A DNA stretch of 64,000 nt from Phoronis australis (Eukaryota; Animalia; Phoronida). The stretch lies in the NCBI GenBank assembly GCA_002633005.1, contig NMRA01000027.1, positions 285,265 to 349,264 on the forward strand. The letters are read 5' to 3'. Each line of letters opens with the position of its first letter. Positions within the stretch are counted from its first letter, which is position 1. A program made the translations under genes and the position numbers. The notes under the pieces were generated by a model. That model was not told where the DNA came from and did no database searches. It worked only from the letters and a program-made list of their open reading frames with translations. Below are positions 39,401 through 50,787 of this stretch, piece by piece.

Positions 39401-42400
39401 CCCCAGCTGTTATATTGTCTTGAGTTACGTACCACCGTGTTCAACCCCTCAAACCGTGGATTAAAGTGAAACGCAATGTCAGCCGTGGAGCCAGAACCAC
39501 ACACAAGATTCACGGAGAACCTACAAGACAAAGACAATGTAGTCCAGGCCAGCTGTATACAGACACGCGCACACTGTCATAAATCCCAGCAGATGTCTCC
39601 CTCAATTGAGATATATTTTCTTCAGTACTGGCCAAGTTTTTATTTCCATATGGCCCATGCTCAGCACAATGCCTACCCTCAATTTATATCAATAAAGTTT
39701 TCTTTGGAAGTGTCCATCTGACACTAATCTTAGCTCCCAAAACATGACATTCTATGGACGCTTTACCGCACTCCCACTTTAATAATGTCTACCATAAACA
39801 TTGCTCCCTGGGCACTGAAGCCCCAACGATCATTCTGGTAAGCACCTAACCCTGAATTTTCAAAATGTTCCGTTCCTTAACATCCATGCTCAGGTAATAT
39901 TGCCAACCCCAGATTATTTAGGTTCTCCATAGATACCTTCAGTGATTCTGTCCACAAGAGGGCGCTGCCATCAAGTCAGATATAGTTTGGAGATTGCGTT
40001 AGCTGTTGTGGAGAGTAACAGCATTGAATAAATTCAATTGTTCTGAATAGCTTAAATAAAGGTGAAAAATAACTCCCTTGGTACTGCAGCAGGTTAATAG
40101 AGATAAGTATTTTACTAACTATTAATTATTATGCGATGGATTCAAGGGGATTCGGAGGAGAAACCAGATACATTGACGTCACTTGCCCTCTAACCGTAAC
40201 ATATCGGCCACCCTTGCTCCTAGCACAACTGCAGACATGGTTTTTGGATTTTTGGCGTGAATTGTACGAAGATTTGTGTGGTAAACTCGCAGACGATCTT
40301 GTACGCTCCATACTTTCCCAGACATTTTATTTACAATGCACTAATTTTGTTTTGAGTGAGGAACGACCTTCCGGAACAATCCGAAGTTAACCTCATGATT
40401 GAGTGCCATAACTAGACAAATTATCACAAATGTACCTGGCTGGATTCATTACATTCCAACACAAACCCAACACTTAATTTTCATGATTCTTTAGAAATGG
40501 TAAAGTAATCTGATTTTATTTAATTTTCTAACGTAAAGCTCTTATGAATACACTTATTTTGTTGGGCTCGACTCAAAAAAATGATGGTCAATATTCATAC
40601 AAGCTGATCACATTTATTGAAATCATGAGATATATGATTTGTTGTGCAGACTCATTTTCAATCAAGAACAACATCGAAAAGTATTTCTGGCGTAAGATGA
40701 CTAATTACCTTCAGCAACCACCCTCTAATGATTTGGGCTGGGCAGTTTAGACAGATCATAACAGTTATCTATCCGAGAACACATTATCAACACTTTTCAA
40801 AATGTCAAGAGTGAACGCAATAAAAAATAACTGCGCCAACCATACGTTTGTCTCATTGGATAAAATTTGCTTTTATATTTTGCATAAAACTAATAAAAAA
40901 ATAAATTTTGGTCTACCGGGTAAGTGTTGTATCCGTTTGATAAATACAAAAAATTGTGAATCCTCGTCTAAGGCCATTGTTCGCGTTCATCATTGCATAT
41001 AGACAGACTCTAAGTATCTTAAAAATTACCTTATTGTGAAAAATGGTACGATTTGTACTTAATAGATGGAAATGTAATTGGTGCAACAGGCATCCAGGAA
41101 ATGTTTGTTGTTGCAAGAAGACACTACTTCATCCCTCACTAGTTAGGGAGACACCACTTTATCCCTCACTAGTTAGTGAGACACTATTTTATCCCTCACT
41201 TGTTAGGGAGACATCACAAACCACAGAGCTTAAATCTCAGTTAGTGAGTCTTGGCTGGCAGACGACTTGTATCTGATGCAGCGCCACCAAGACGATTAGT
41301 CTCCTATCCCATTTAATCACCTAGGGCATAAACCTGGACAAATAATTTTGTCCTAGTACGATGTTGCGCAACAACTGTCCATAAACAGGGAATGAACCCA
41401 ACCGAAGTCAAGCAAGAAAAAGAGTTCACTTACAAGTTTCAAAAAGTAATCAGCACAACACCATGGCAGTTTGTTGTACGCAAACTTTCATAACAAAAGC
41501 CAAGTCAGCTGGCCTATTGCGTATACTTGACATGGGGTTTTCTAATGTTTCAACAATACAACTGGTTTCAAAAATGTTAAAGTACAATGTATTTAACCTA
41601 CCTGCCTGCCCCATAAGGTACAGAACCATTAACGAAGATCATCAACCCATGCTGCACAGGGCCCTGAATAGGCCCTTCATATGGCACTCGCTGCGGGGAA
41701 GAGCAGATCACTAAGATATCGTACAATCAATGTATAAAATAACAGAACACACTTAAAAATGTATTGTCTTACAAAAATAACAAATTGGGGTTTTGAAAAG
41801 TATGCACAAAAGACAATGACAAAACAACAATTGTGTTTGTATTCGCCACCAAACAGCTGTTAACTTCCTTAACTACGAAATTTTCATCAGGTTAATTTCA
41901 TTCAAACTGCAAAGACTTTTGAGATTTGGTGTTATATGAACCAGTAGGTAGTACTGCTTACATATTGTTTTCTACTGTTACCGGAGACCAATGAGACCAA
42001 TATACTGAGACCAATAAACTGAGACCAATACACTGAGACCAATATACTGAGACCAATATACTGAGACCAATACACTGAGACCAATACACTGAGACCAATA
42101 TACTGAGACCAATATACTGAGACCAATATACTGAGACCAATACACTGAGACCAATATACTGAGACCATCCCACATCTGACTTTGTAACAAGAATACACAT
42201 GTATGGTCAGACATGCAGAAACTCTGGCATGTATACAATGAGGACATGTTAACACACTGGGCATAAACAGCTCGATCAACTTGATGCTCAAATGTTTTAT
42301 TGGGGTTTTCATGTCCAGATTCCCTACCATTTCAGATTTTAATAGCTTATGAAAGAGTTCACTCTGGTACTTCGCTGCTTTAATTTGGTGAATTGGTTGT

Positions 42401-42548
42401 CCACTAGGCAATTACATCACCCTGGATGCCGCAGGCATACAGGGGCAATAGTACGTCCCCATAAAACGTTACACATTTCAAGATACAGCAAATAAAATCG
42501 AATGAAACATGCACAAATGGATATGGAGCTATAATTAACACATACCAT
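33463..42548 (-). CDS. Tandem-repeat (two-CRD) galectin, about 306 aa
   Basis: Exons 42548-42546 (tentative ATG), 41690-41602, 39520-39316 (HFNPRF...VVRNS...WGSEER), 38300-38190, 37165-37070 (Pro/Gly linker), 36523-36435, 34622-34412 (HFDVRF...IVRNS...WGSEER), 33579-33463 (stop TAG). Total 921 nt, in frame. The two CRDs share exon structure (89/205/111 vs 89/211/117 nt). Confidence 0.93.
33938..34358. repeat. Head-to-head inverted pair of tRNA-derived SINE-like elements
   Basis: + copy 34214-34358 has A box TAGCTCAGTGG (34221) and B-box-like GGTTCTAACTCC (34266). The - copy 34097-33938 shares CCGATAGCTCAGT and TATAGGTCA(C/T)(G/A)TGATGTGGCCA...TAATTCTTATT. Confidence 0.7.
34633..34860. repeat. 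21-bp minisatellite
   Basis: AATATTCATT(G/A)(A/T)ACCA(C/T)ACTC, about 11 copies, 10 bp from a galectin acceptor. Confidence 0.92.
38305..38525. repeat. About 42-bp minisatellite
   Basis: ACAAACCACTGATAAATATATATGTTAC(C/T)TGAATTTTCAAAT, about 5 copies, overlapping a galectin 3' splice region. Confidence 0.92.
41985..42166. repeat. 14-bp minisatellite (GAGACCAATA(T/C)ACT)n
   Basis: About 13 copies. Confidence 0.92.
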
Positions 42549-43992
42549 GACTCTGAATACAATTTAGTCAACATAACTTGAACATATCCATGAAAATCTG
42601 TCGTGGTTCGCTTGAGTTTCTCTCACCGGGTGCCATTTTGAGGAAGTTACGAGAAATCACGCCTGTTAACGAACAAAAAGTCACAAAGACTACCTGATAT
42701 CTTCCCTAGCTATTTTGAAAGTGTCACGCGCTCACGCGCCAGGTCACGCGCTTCGCTCACGGTCTCGCGCTAGCTCACATGACGCAGTTGAAATATTTTG
42801 TGGTACCGCACGCGTAGTGAAAAAGTTAACAGTGACCAAAAAGTGGAGTTGGAATTCTTCCCCAAAATCACCTTAATTCTAGTAGATATGCTTCATCGAA
42901 GATATGTGTAAAAGTAAAAAGAACCACTGAAGAAAGTAAGCTCATTTTTAAGTGATAGTTTTGAGTGTAGTACATATGTATTTTTGATGAAGTGAAAACT
43001 CAAAATCAGTGGCCGGATTTGGCCTTCCGCCAGTTTAAAATACATGGCACGAAATGCATACAGAAAGCGATGGGAAGTATTGTAGCCCCTAACCGGCCAA
43101 CTTACGAGGGGCTACGTGTTGCCTAGTTGTCCACATGTTCGCAATTCATGGGATCAGTAATTGAAAATAGGCCTGCTGTGTGTGAATTTGGAATCCTGCT
43201 TAATCTCAAGATCATATGTAGGTGAACTTGGAATTGAATATTCATTAAGGCAATCAAATGACATTTTGTTCAGTGTAAAGAATTTTTGTAATTACTGTAT
43301 TGGCCTCATCATCATCCTCCGCCTTTATATTGACTTGTGTTACTTATTGTTACTAAAATCAATTATTGTTTAGAGAACAAGATCGTAAATAGTTGAAAAA
43401 AGGTTGGTTAAAATTTACATTATTTTATCAACATGTAATTTGATTTTGTGCAGTGCAAATTTTTATCAAGGTGAAACGTGATTATTTGAGTGAGCGTGTC
43501 AAGTGTATTCCAGTTCACCCATACGCGATCTTGAGATTAAGCAGGATTCCAAGTTCACCCACGGCCACAGCTGGCAACACATCATTCATTGCCAGGCTAT
43601 GTCAGACTGTTGATATATTTACATAGCCTTGTAGTCTACCAAAGATAGTTGGTGTAAGGTACAGATTACGTAACTAAATACTGTTACGATTACAATTACA
43701 ATTCTTACCGGATTCATAATGGGGAAAGACATCCTGACCGCCAAAAGTCAAACACAACTGTCACAACTTCCAAGAAATTAGTTGCAGCTCACAGGAAGTG
43801 TACGAATCTCATGACTATCACGTGGTTAGTCACACCTCCCACAACACGCCTGTAATAAAAATGTCATGGCTCAGTCCTCGGTACGTACGTACTAAAAGGA
43901 CTAACAAAAAGGCAAATTTTATTCATTTATAATGAAGTACTGAAACACACGATGAAAGTTTTGTTATTAAATAAGATAATATGTGCTACAAC

Positions 43993-44154
43993 CAGTGGTG
44001 TAGTGGTAAAATTAGAGGTATTTAACTATGAATTAAGTAGGCGCCCAAAGCCCACCGTCACCGCCTTGAGCACTGAACGTAACTTACGAGGCGCTACCCA
44101 TGCTAAAAGTTGGAAGGCTGCGCCTACATGCGCCTACCCCCCACTACAGCACTG
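43993..44154. mobile_element. Short hAT-like MITE
   Basis: TIRs CAGTGGTGTAGTGG / CCACTACAGCACTG (13/14); 8-bp TSD GCTACAAC / TCTACAAC. Confidence 0.7.
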
Positions 44155-47062
44155 TCTACAACTTCAAAGAATACGAACCTACCTGAACCCGGCGATTTAA
44201 TTTTGCACGGTCCCGACGAGCTTGTCCCGTCCCACTTTCCTCTAAAATCGTGAACGCTCGATCTGTAACCATCGACAACCGTCAACGTGTTTGGAGAAAT
44301 TTTTGAAAACTCCTTACAAATTCTGCTAAAGGCGAGCAAGCGTGACCTGACTGTACGCTTTAACACGGGCCGGCGGCGCAGCACTGAAGGGGCTTTAGCC
44401 GGCCCCAGAGCAACGGTCCCCCTTGCACCGACGGTCAGCCCGTCCGTGAGCGGCCTACGCAGTGCTCAGTGGTTGGCAGGAGGGGAGGAGGGGGCTATAA
44501 CCCCCACCCTCCTATGGTGCGCCATATATGCGACAACTGAGTGGGAAAACGGGCCACACACCTGCTAGACCGTAGGTTCCGCAGTCAATCACGCCGTCCT
44601 CTGAATGGGACTGATGATGACGACGGCAGGTGACAGCTAGAGAGAGGCCATTGTTTGAAATCAACAAATGAAACATGGGTTTAGTATCATTTAAGTAAAA
44701 TGTATTCAATAAAGAAAGTGTATATAGACCGGCATCCCAGAGATTTTTGTACCATGCCTAATCGAATCCTGCCGGGGCTTTGAAACCATCGGGATTCACT
44801 ATGCCGCGCCGGGTGGTTACAGTAATGGCACTCATCGAGGTTCGCTCTCTGGCCGGGTGAGTGTGGTCAAGAGGTCCATGAGAATGGTCTAAACTAGTTG
44901 AGCTCAGGCCAAAAGTTATTGAATCGTACGCATGAAGACGGTTACAATTTACTCTACGACAGATCAATGTACCACTGATGAATTAACACTGCCAGAAAAA
45001 TTCAGTGGTGGAAGTACCTCGCCAGACACCGTATCTCCGACATTGAGCTAGTCAAACCCACCAGGCGGTTGAAACCAACTGTATCTAGCAGGTCCCTTCA
45101 CGTGGCACAGAAGTCACATGCCAGGCAATTTCAATCGGTGGCGGGGTGCACTGCCAGATAAAAATAACCGGGGTCCCACAATTGAGCTAGAGTGCCCCAA
45201 TTAAGGTAGCCGCATAAAATCTGTTGCAAAATATTCATGCCTGAAAGAACACTGCCAGACAATTCCAGCGATTGGTTAACACCGACCGCCAAACATGCCC
45301 AAACCTCAGAGTTCAGTTACCTCAACCAGGTAACAAATTGAAGCCAATACATAACGTTCGGTATCACTCCACATGACACAACTACAACTGTCATACGCCA
45401 AACATATCAGTGGTGGGGTGCCTCTATAATGTTGTCCCAGAGCTAGATTAATCCGCGGGCCAACATATAACCACATGAAACCAGTTGCAAAATATTCAAC
45501 ACAAAATCATGTGTCTTGAATGAGATGACTTTGCCAGATTCTTTGGATTATAATCCAAAGAATAATAAAAAAATAGACCGACCGAAACGTCGTCACAATG
45601 TAAATAGACAAGAGGTTGGTGTAAATAGACCAAGAGATTTTAATAATAGTTGTAACACACCACCGCCTCAGAGCGGTTTTAGAAAGTCACAAATGGTTAT
45701 ATTACCTTTCTGAAGATGCTTTTTGTCAAACTAGCATATTTTATTTACTCAGAACGATATTTTGAACCTTTTGTGCCGATTTTGTGAAAACGAAATCGTA
45801 CAACGCAATTACCTTTGTTTCAGTGAGCAAAAACATACGTGGGTTTCCATTTGTGCTAACTTTGCTGCACAGATTTGTTAACCAAATGTTCTGGAAGAAA
45901 TTTGCAATGCTTTATTAACACTGTTGTTAGAACAATCCTCTTGTCTTATTCACCTCCCTACACCAATGCACTCTCAAATTATAGAAATCGTCCGTCCAGC
46001 GCCACTTAAAATACGCAACAGGCAATAACAAGGATTAAATCTCAATCAACATGAGTCTGTACTGAGTCCAATCTAGGATTGTCAATGAGAATCCTCTTCG
46101 AAATGAAATTTGGAAAATATTATACAACAAATATGCACTATATGTATTGTCGCACACACATCAAAGCTGGCGGGGAATGATTGGGGGTTGCGAACAGTCC
46201 TCCCGAGTGATGTATGGACGATTAAGTACAACTTGGGTGATTTAATTAGCTTGGAAATTTATTGATTAAGAAAAAAAAATGAAATTTAACAAAAATGGGC
46301 ACTAAAGTGGTTTCTTTCTCCTTTAAACAATGTATTTTTATAGACACAAACTTCTTTATAAGAACTTACCGTAAAATATCGCGAAAAGCCATTTATTTTT
46401 AGACAGAGAAACATGTTCCCCGAGAACATTACAAAAGGAATGCAGCGTCCCCAAATATAAGGTGATGGGCTTTTTTCAATTCTTAAGGCATTCAAGACCA
46501 GCCTGGTGTGTTGTCTTCCAACAACGCGCGGAAGCGATGATAACCTGCGACAATGATAACCTGCGACAATGATAATGACCTGCAACAATGATAACCTGCG
46601 ACAATGATAACCTGTGACAACTAACGAAGCACTGAGTGGTTAAAACTTTTCCAAGAAAACAACGAAACTCAAAATGGCAAAATTATGTGTTCCGTGGCTT
46701 TACTAATTAAAGCCATTTTTAATTATTAGACCATAGTATTATACGCCGAATATTGCTATACAAATCATTCATCAGCCGGTAACAACACTGAAAAGGAAAA
46801 CCTTGGATGTGTCATCGTCTGGGGGTACTGACATACATAAACTTGAGTCGGTACAGAACCGTTCGTGGCACTAACTGACTGACGGCTAGCTACGGAACGG
46901 GTGCAGATTTTTTGTATGAAATTTAACTTATCTAGAAACTGATGCACTAATTAGCAAATTCGAAACTCTGGTAGTAATTCAGTTCACTGCCCTGAAGTCA
47001 TTTGTCATGACAACCTGAACGTGTAGGTGTGCTGGTGTGCAGACACACAGATATAATAGACA

Positions 47063-47355
47063 GAATTTGTTAAATGCACGACACTTTTCATTGTTCAGAG
47101 TCTTTATTCCGTACTTTCGGAACAAAACTCTACTCTCAACTGAACATAGATACAGTAACTGACCTAGCGACATAATTAAAGACTCTGAACAATGAAAAGT
47201 GTCGTGCCTTTCGAAATATCGTGTGTCTTTTAATTATGTCGCTAGGTCAGTTACTGTATCTATGTTCAGGTGAGAGTAGAGTTTTGTCCCGAAAGTACGA
47301 ACGTAACAGAATAAAGACTGTGAACAATGAAAAGTGCCATGCATTTAACAAATTC
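47063..47355. repeat. About 290-bp imperfect palindrome (foldback)
   Basis: Arms 47063-47183 and 47225-47355 are reverse complements; the spacer contains an extra inverted copy of 47076-47102. Confidence 0.85.
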
Positions 47356-47378
47356 AGTATAACCGAAAACTTGCTCCC

Positions 47379-47627
47379 NNNNNNNNNNNNNNNNNNNNNN
47401 NNNNNNNNNNNNNNNNNNNNNNNNNNNNNNNNNNNNNNNNNNNNNNNNNNNNNNNNNNNNNNNNNNNNNNNNNNNNNNNNNNNNNNNNNNNNNNNNNNNN
47501 NNNNNNNNNNNNNNNNNNNNNNNNNNNNNNNNNNNNNNNNNNNNNNNNNNNNNNNNNNNNNNNNNNNNNNNNNNNNNNNNNNNNNNNNNNNNNNNNNNNN
47601 NNNNNNNNNNNNNNNNNNNNNNNNNNN
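47379..47627. other. Assembly gap (249 N)
   Basis: Run of N. Confidence 1.
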
Positions 47628-50600
47628 CATTTTTTTAACCAGGCTGAAGGTCAGAAGTTGCGATCCTACCGGCGAACTTTGAAAGCTGAAGTTCCCGCCC
47701 TTTGCGTACGTGCTGCCGGGAACCAGCCGTGCATTTGCCGTGTTGTTAAACATTAAAATGTCAAATATGTGCACAAAGACTATTGAATGTCATATCAACA
47801 GCATTTATTTTTATCAAATACAAACAGTTTCAAGTAACGCCAATTAAAGACAAGTATAAGTGGTGGCATTTTGGAAACGAACATTTGACTCACAAGACCG
47901 CAATGGCTCACCTTTGGCCTATTTAAAAATTATTGAGGTTATGAAGTCACATCACCTAGCGAGCACGGTGAAAAATTGGAGCGTGCGCAGTACAAAAATT
48001 TTGATTTCACGATTTTGGGAACTGAAATAGGGACTGATCGAAGAAAAAGTTTCATAACGGGAGTATTTGTTGGAGTTGGAAGGACTTAAACACATCGTCA
48101 ACCTCCTAAGGTGTTCCTCTATGCGCAAAAGGTATTTATAACAACGTGACTTTGATGGTTTAGTCGGTGCGAAGCATAATTCGCCGAAAAGCTTCCGGCG
48201 TACAGAGCGCCTATAGCCTCTACATCGCCTCTGGTTCGGGCCAACAGAGGCGATGGTCATTGCCTAGGGGTAGTGTAGCGTAACTTCAATTAAAGTCAGG
48301 GGTACGCTTTCATATTTCAGATACTTTCCATTCTTAAGTATTTCGAAAAAAGCCTTAATAATGGGATGAATCGTATACCCTTGAGCTTTCAAGTGGTGTC
48401 GCTTAAGAGAAAAATAATCAAGAGCCAAAATTTTTGCAAGGCAAAGTGTTTGAAAATGTACAGCACTACAGCAGACAGTAGTATAACACTATTTTAGTAA
48501 TTAACTTTGGCACTGATGTTGCTTACAAAGAAAGTGTGTATAGCTTACTATGAGTCTACTGAGTAGACATAACTGCCTGCATATTACTCAGTGAGCAGTG
48601 TACCCTTGGGTAGTGACACCCAACTGCTCAGTGTCACCAATGTCACGTCTGTGGATCAGATATAATTTCCTGAGTTCTAGCACGGGGCACTAAGCGGATA
48701 TAACATACCCTATTGTATTCTAAATAAATCCAAATTTGGGTGTTTATCAATGATTTTGGTATCATTGCATTCCTTGACAGGTAATTGTTTACAATATGGC
48801 GAAATTGACTTACATGATTTTAGCATTGTTTGATTCCGCTTATCGTTCTCATTCCAAAAATATAAGAATATGTCCCCAACCGCATTTCCTCACTATTTTA
48901 TCGTCAAATTTATGTTCACACTTTTTCCCTGTTGACACCTGTAGTCATGTTTGCTCAACTCAAGATTACAGTGACACCTGTTGCTAATAAATGAAACAGT
49001 ATCATCGATTCTGAATAGTGTTTGCCAGCGAGATTCCCCCTAAAGTTTTCTTGATATAATATGGACGAACAAGGAGCAGCATTTCACACTTTTTAAACTT
49101 TTTTAGAATTATGATCATTTGACCACTTTTCTGAAGTGATGCCCTTTTCACGAATTTGGACCTCGAAAACCTCCTTTTTTCACGGATTCTTGCTAGCATC
49201 TAGGGAGATGCGTACCAGGGTCACCATAGGATCAAATTCGAACCCATGGGATCGTAGCTCGGGCCCAGGTTCGACATGTCTTGGTCAGTTTGAACTTATG
49301 AAAACCGATGCTCTGCAGAATTTAGGTGTCGGTAGATTACTTCAGTTTTTAACTGCCAGGTAACTCCTTCCATTCAACATGGCATTTTTGCACTACCGGG
49401 GAATTGTGGAAGCTGAAGTTTGACGATAAGATTCGAAAGCAACGGGGTAGGAGACATTTTCACGTATTTTTGGAAAGATAATTGAATGATACCAAAATCG
49501 TGTGTAAGTCAACAGCGTTTGAAATACACGCTGGCCCGGTGTCAGTGGATTTGGGGCCATGTCTGTAAACTTTCACATATAGGCTTAAGTGGATCTGGTC
49601 TATTCATGTAACTGGCCGGGTGGGCCAGCACATTTATTTGCTGAAGCTCGAACACTGTAAGTCATATTGTTAACAATTACCCCTTGACATGTAATCATAT
49701 CAAAGGAAAGGTAACAGTTATGAGCTGTGTCTGAGCAAGCTTATGGTGTACTCTATTGTGGAGATGATGCCTGTACAGGAGTTAAAGTCAATAAAAATAG
49801 TTCAGCCTGAGTTTTTATGTATTCATGATTACCGTACAGTATGTGGAATTATGATGACTTTGGGAAAATTTGTATACAGCTGAACATAAAGCTAATTTGA
49901 TGCTAAGAAGTAGATTTTTTAAAAATTTAAAATGCTTTAAGACTTTCAAATAACAGCAACTTGCCCCTTGTTGAGGCAGTTTAAGCAAAAGGTTACTGAG
50001 ATCGAATCTAGCAGGATTTCCTTCTTTTCATCCTGGAATTTCAACTTTCAACCTGGAATTTTTGAAGGTCAAAATTGTCTAGCTCTATCCAAAACCACAT
50101 TTTGTGATAGCCATATTGCATGCAAGAGTTAAAAAATTCATCAGAATACTGGTGATATTCAAATAAGGTGTTTCAAGTAACTTGACATCCCCACTTTAGC
50201 ATTTAAGGTGGGATTATAACAAAGCATGGGCATTGAAATGAACACTTTGTATAATTGAATGGACCTGTGTTTAACCAGCCTGTGTAAGTATACTACTAGT
50301 TTTCTCGATGCTTTTTCTCAAAATTGTTTGTCTTTTACCTCAAGTTTATTTTCATACACGAAACACTTGGTAATTAATGCACTCTCATTTCACTTTTGTA
50401 GAAATTTTGTCATTGTTCACAGGTCAACTTAAATTCTGATGAGAACACTTACTTTTGTATAGGTAGTGAACAAATGGTGAAGAATTGTTTCCATAATTTG
50501 TGAATTCCCTTAACAGATTATTATTTTGATTGACTTGTTGTTATTATGACTGAGGCAAGCTATTCAGTTTTGAGGCTCAAAAATGGTACCCCCTATATTA

Positions 50601-50787
50601 GTAGAGGGGGTCCCACTCTTTGTCCGCCTTTGCACAAGGCGCCTTATATTAACAGAGGGACCCACCAGAAGGCCGCAGTTCTAGTTTTGTGTTTTAAATG
50701 AGCAAGGTACTTTCACCATGGTGCTGAGTATGAGCACACTTTGGGTGTCACCATGGTTACATGAACTCTTTTCTTGTTTTGTTTCAG

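Noticed and set aside
40436-40449. Alternative galectin first exon (ATGAATCCAGCCAG|GTAC)
   Set aside because: Phase-compatible but very short, it would delete the first CRD strands, and nothing else supports it.
41932-42411. Repetitive ORFs (VSVYWSQYIGLS)n and similar ones at 34694-35002, 38240-38558 and 61770-62031
   Set aside because: Translations of stop-free minisatellites.
44600-45620. Hammerhead ribozyme / Penelope end (CTGATGA, CCGAAACGTCG)
   Set aside because: The core motifs are far apart and I could not build stems I-III around any CTGANGA...GAAA pair.
47221-47774. 153-aa and 175-aa ORFs
   Set aside because: They exist only because they read through the N gap.
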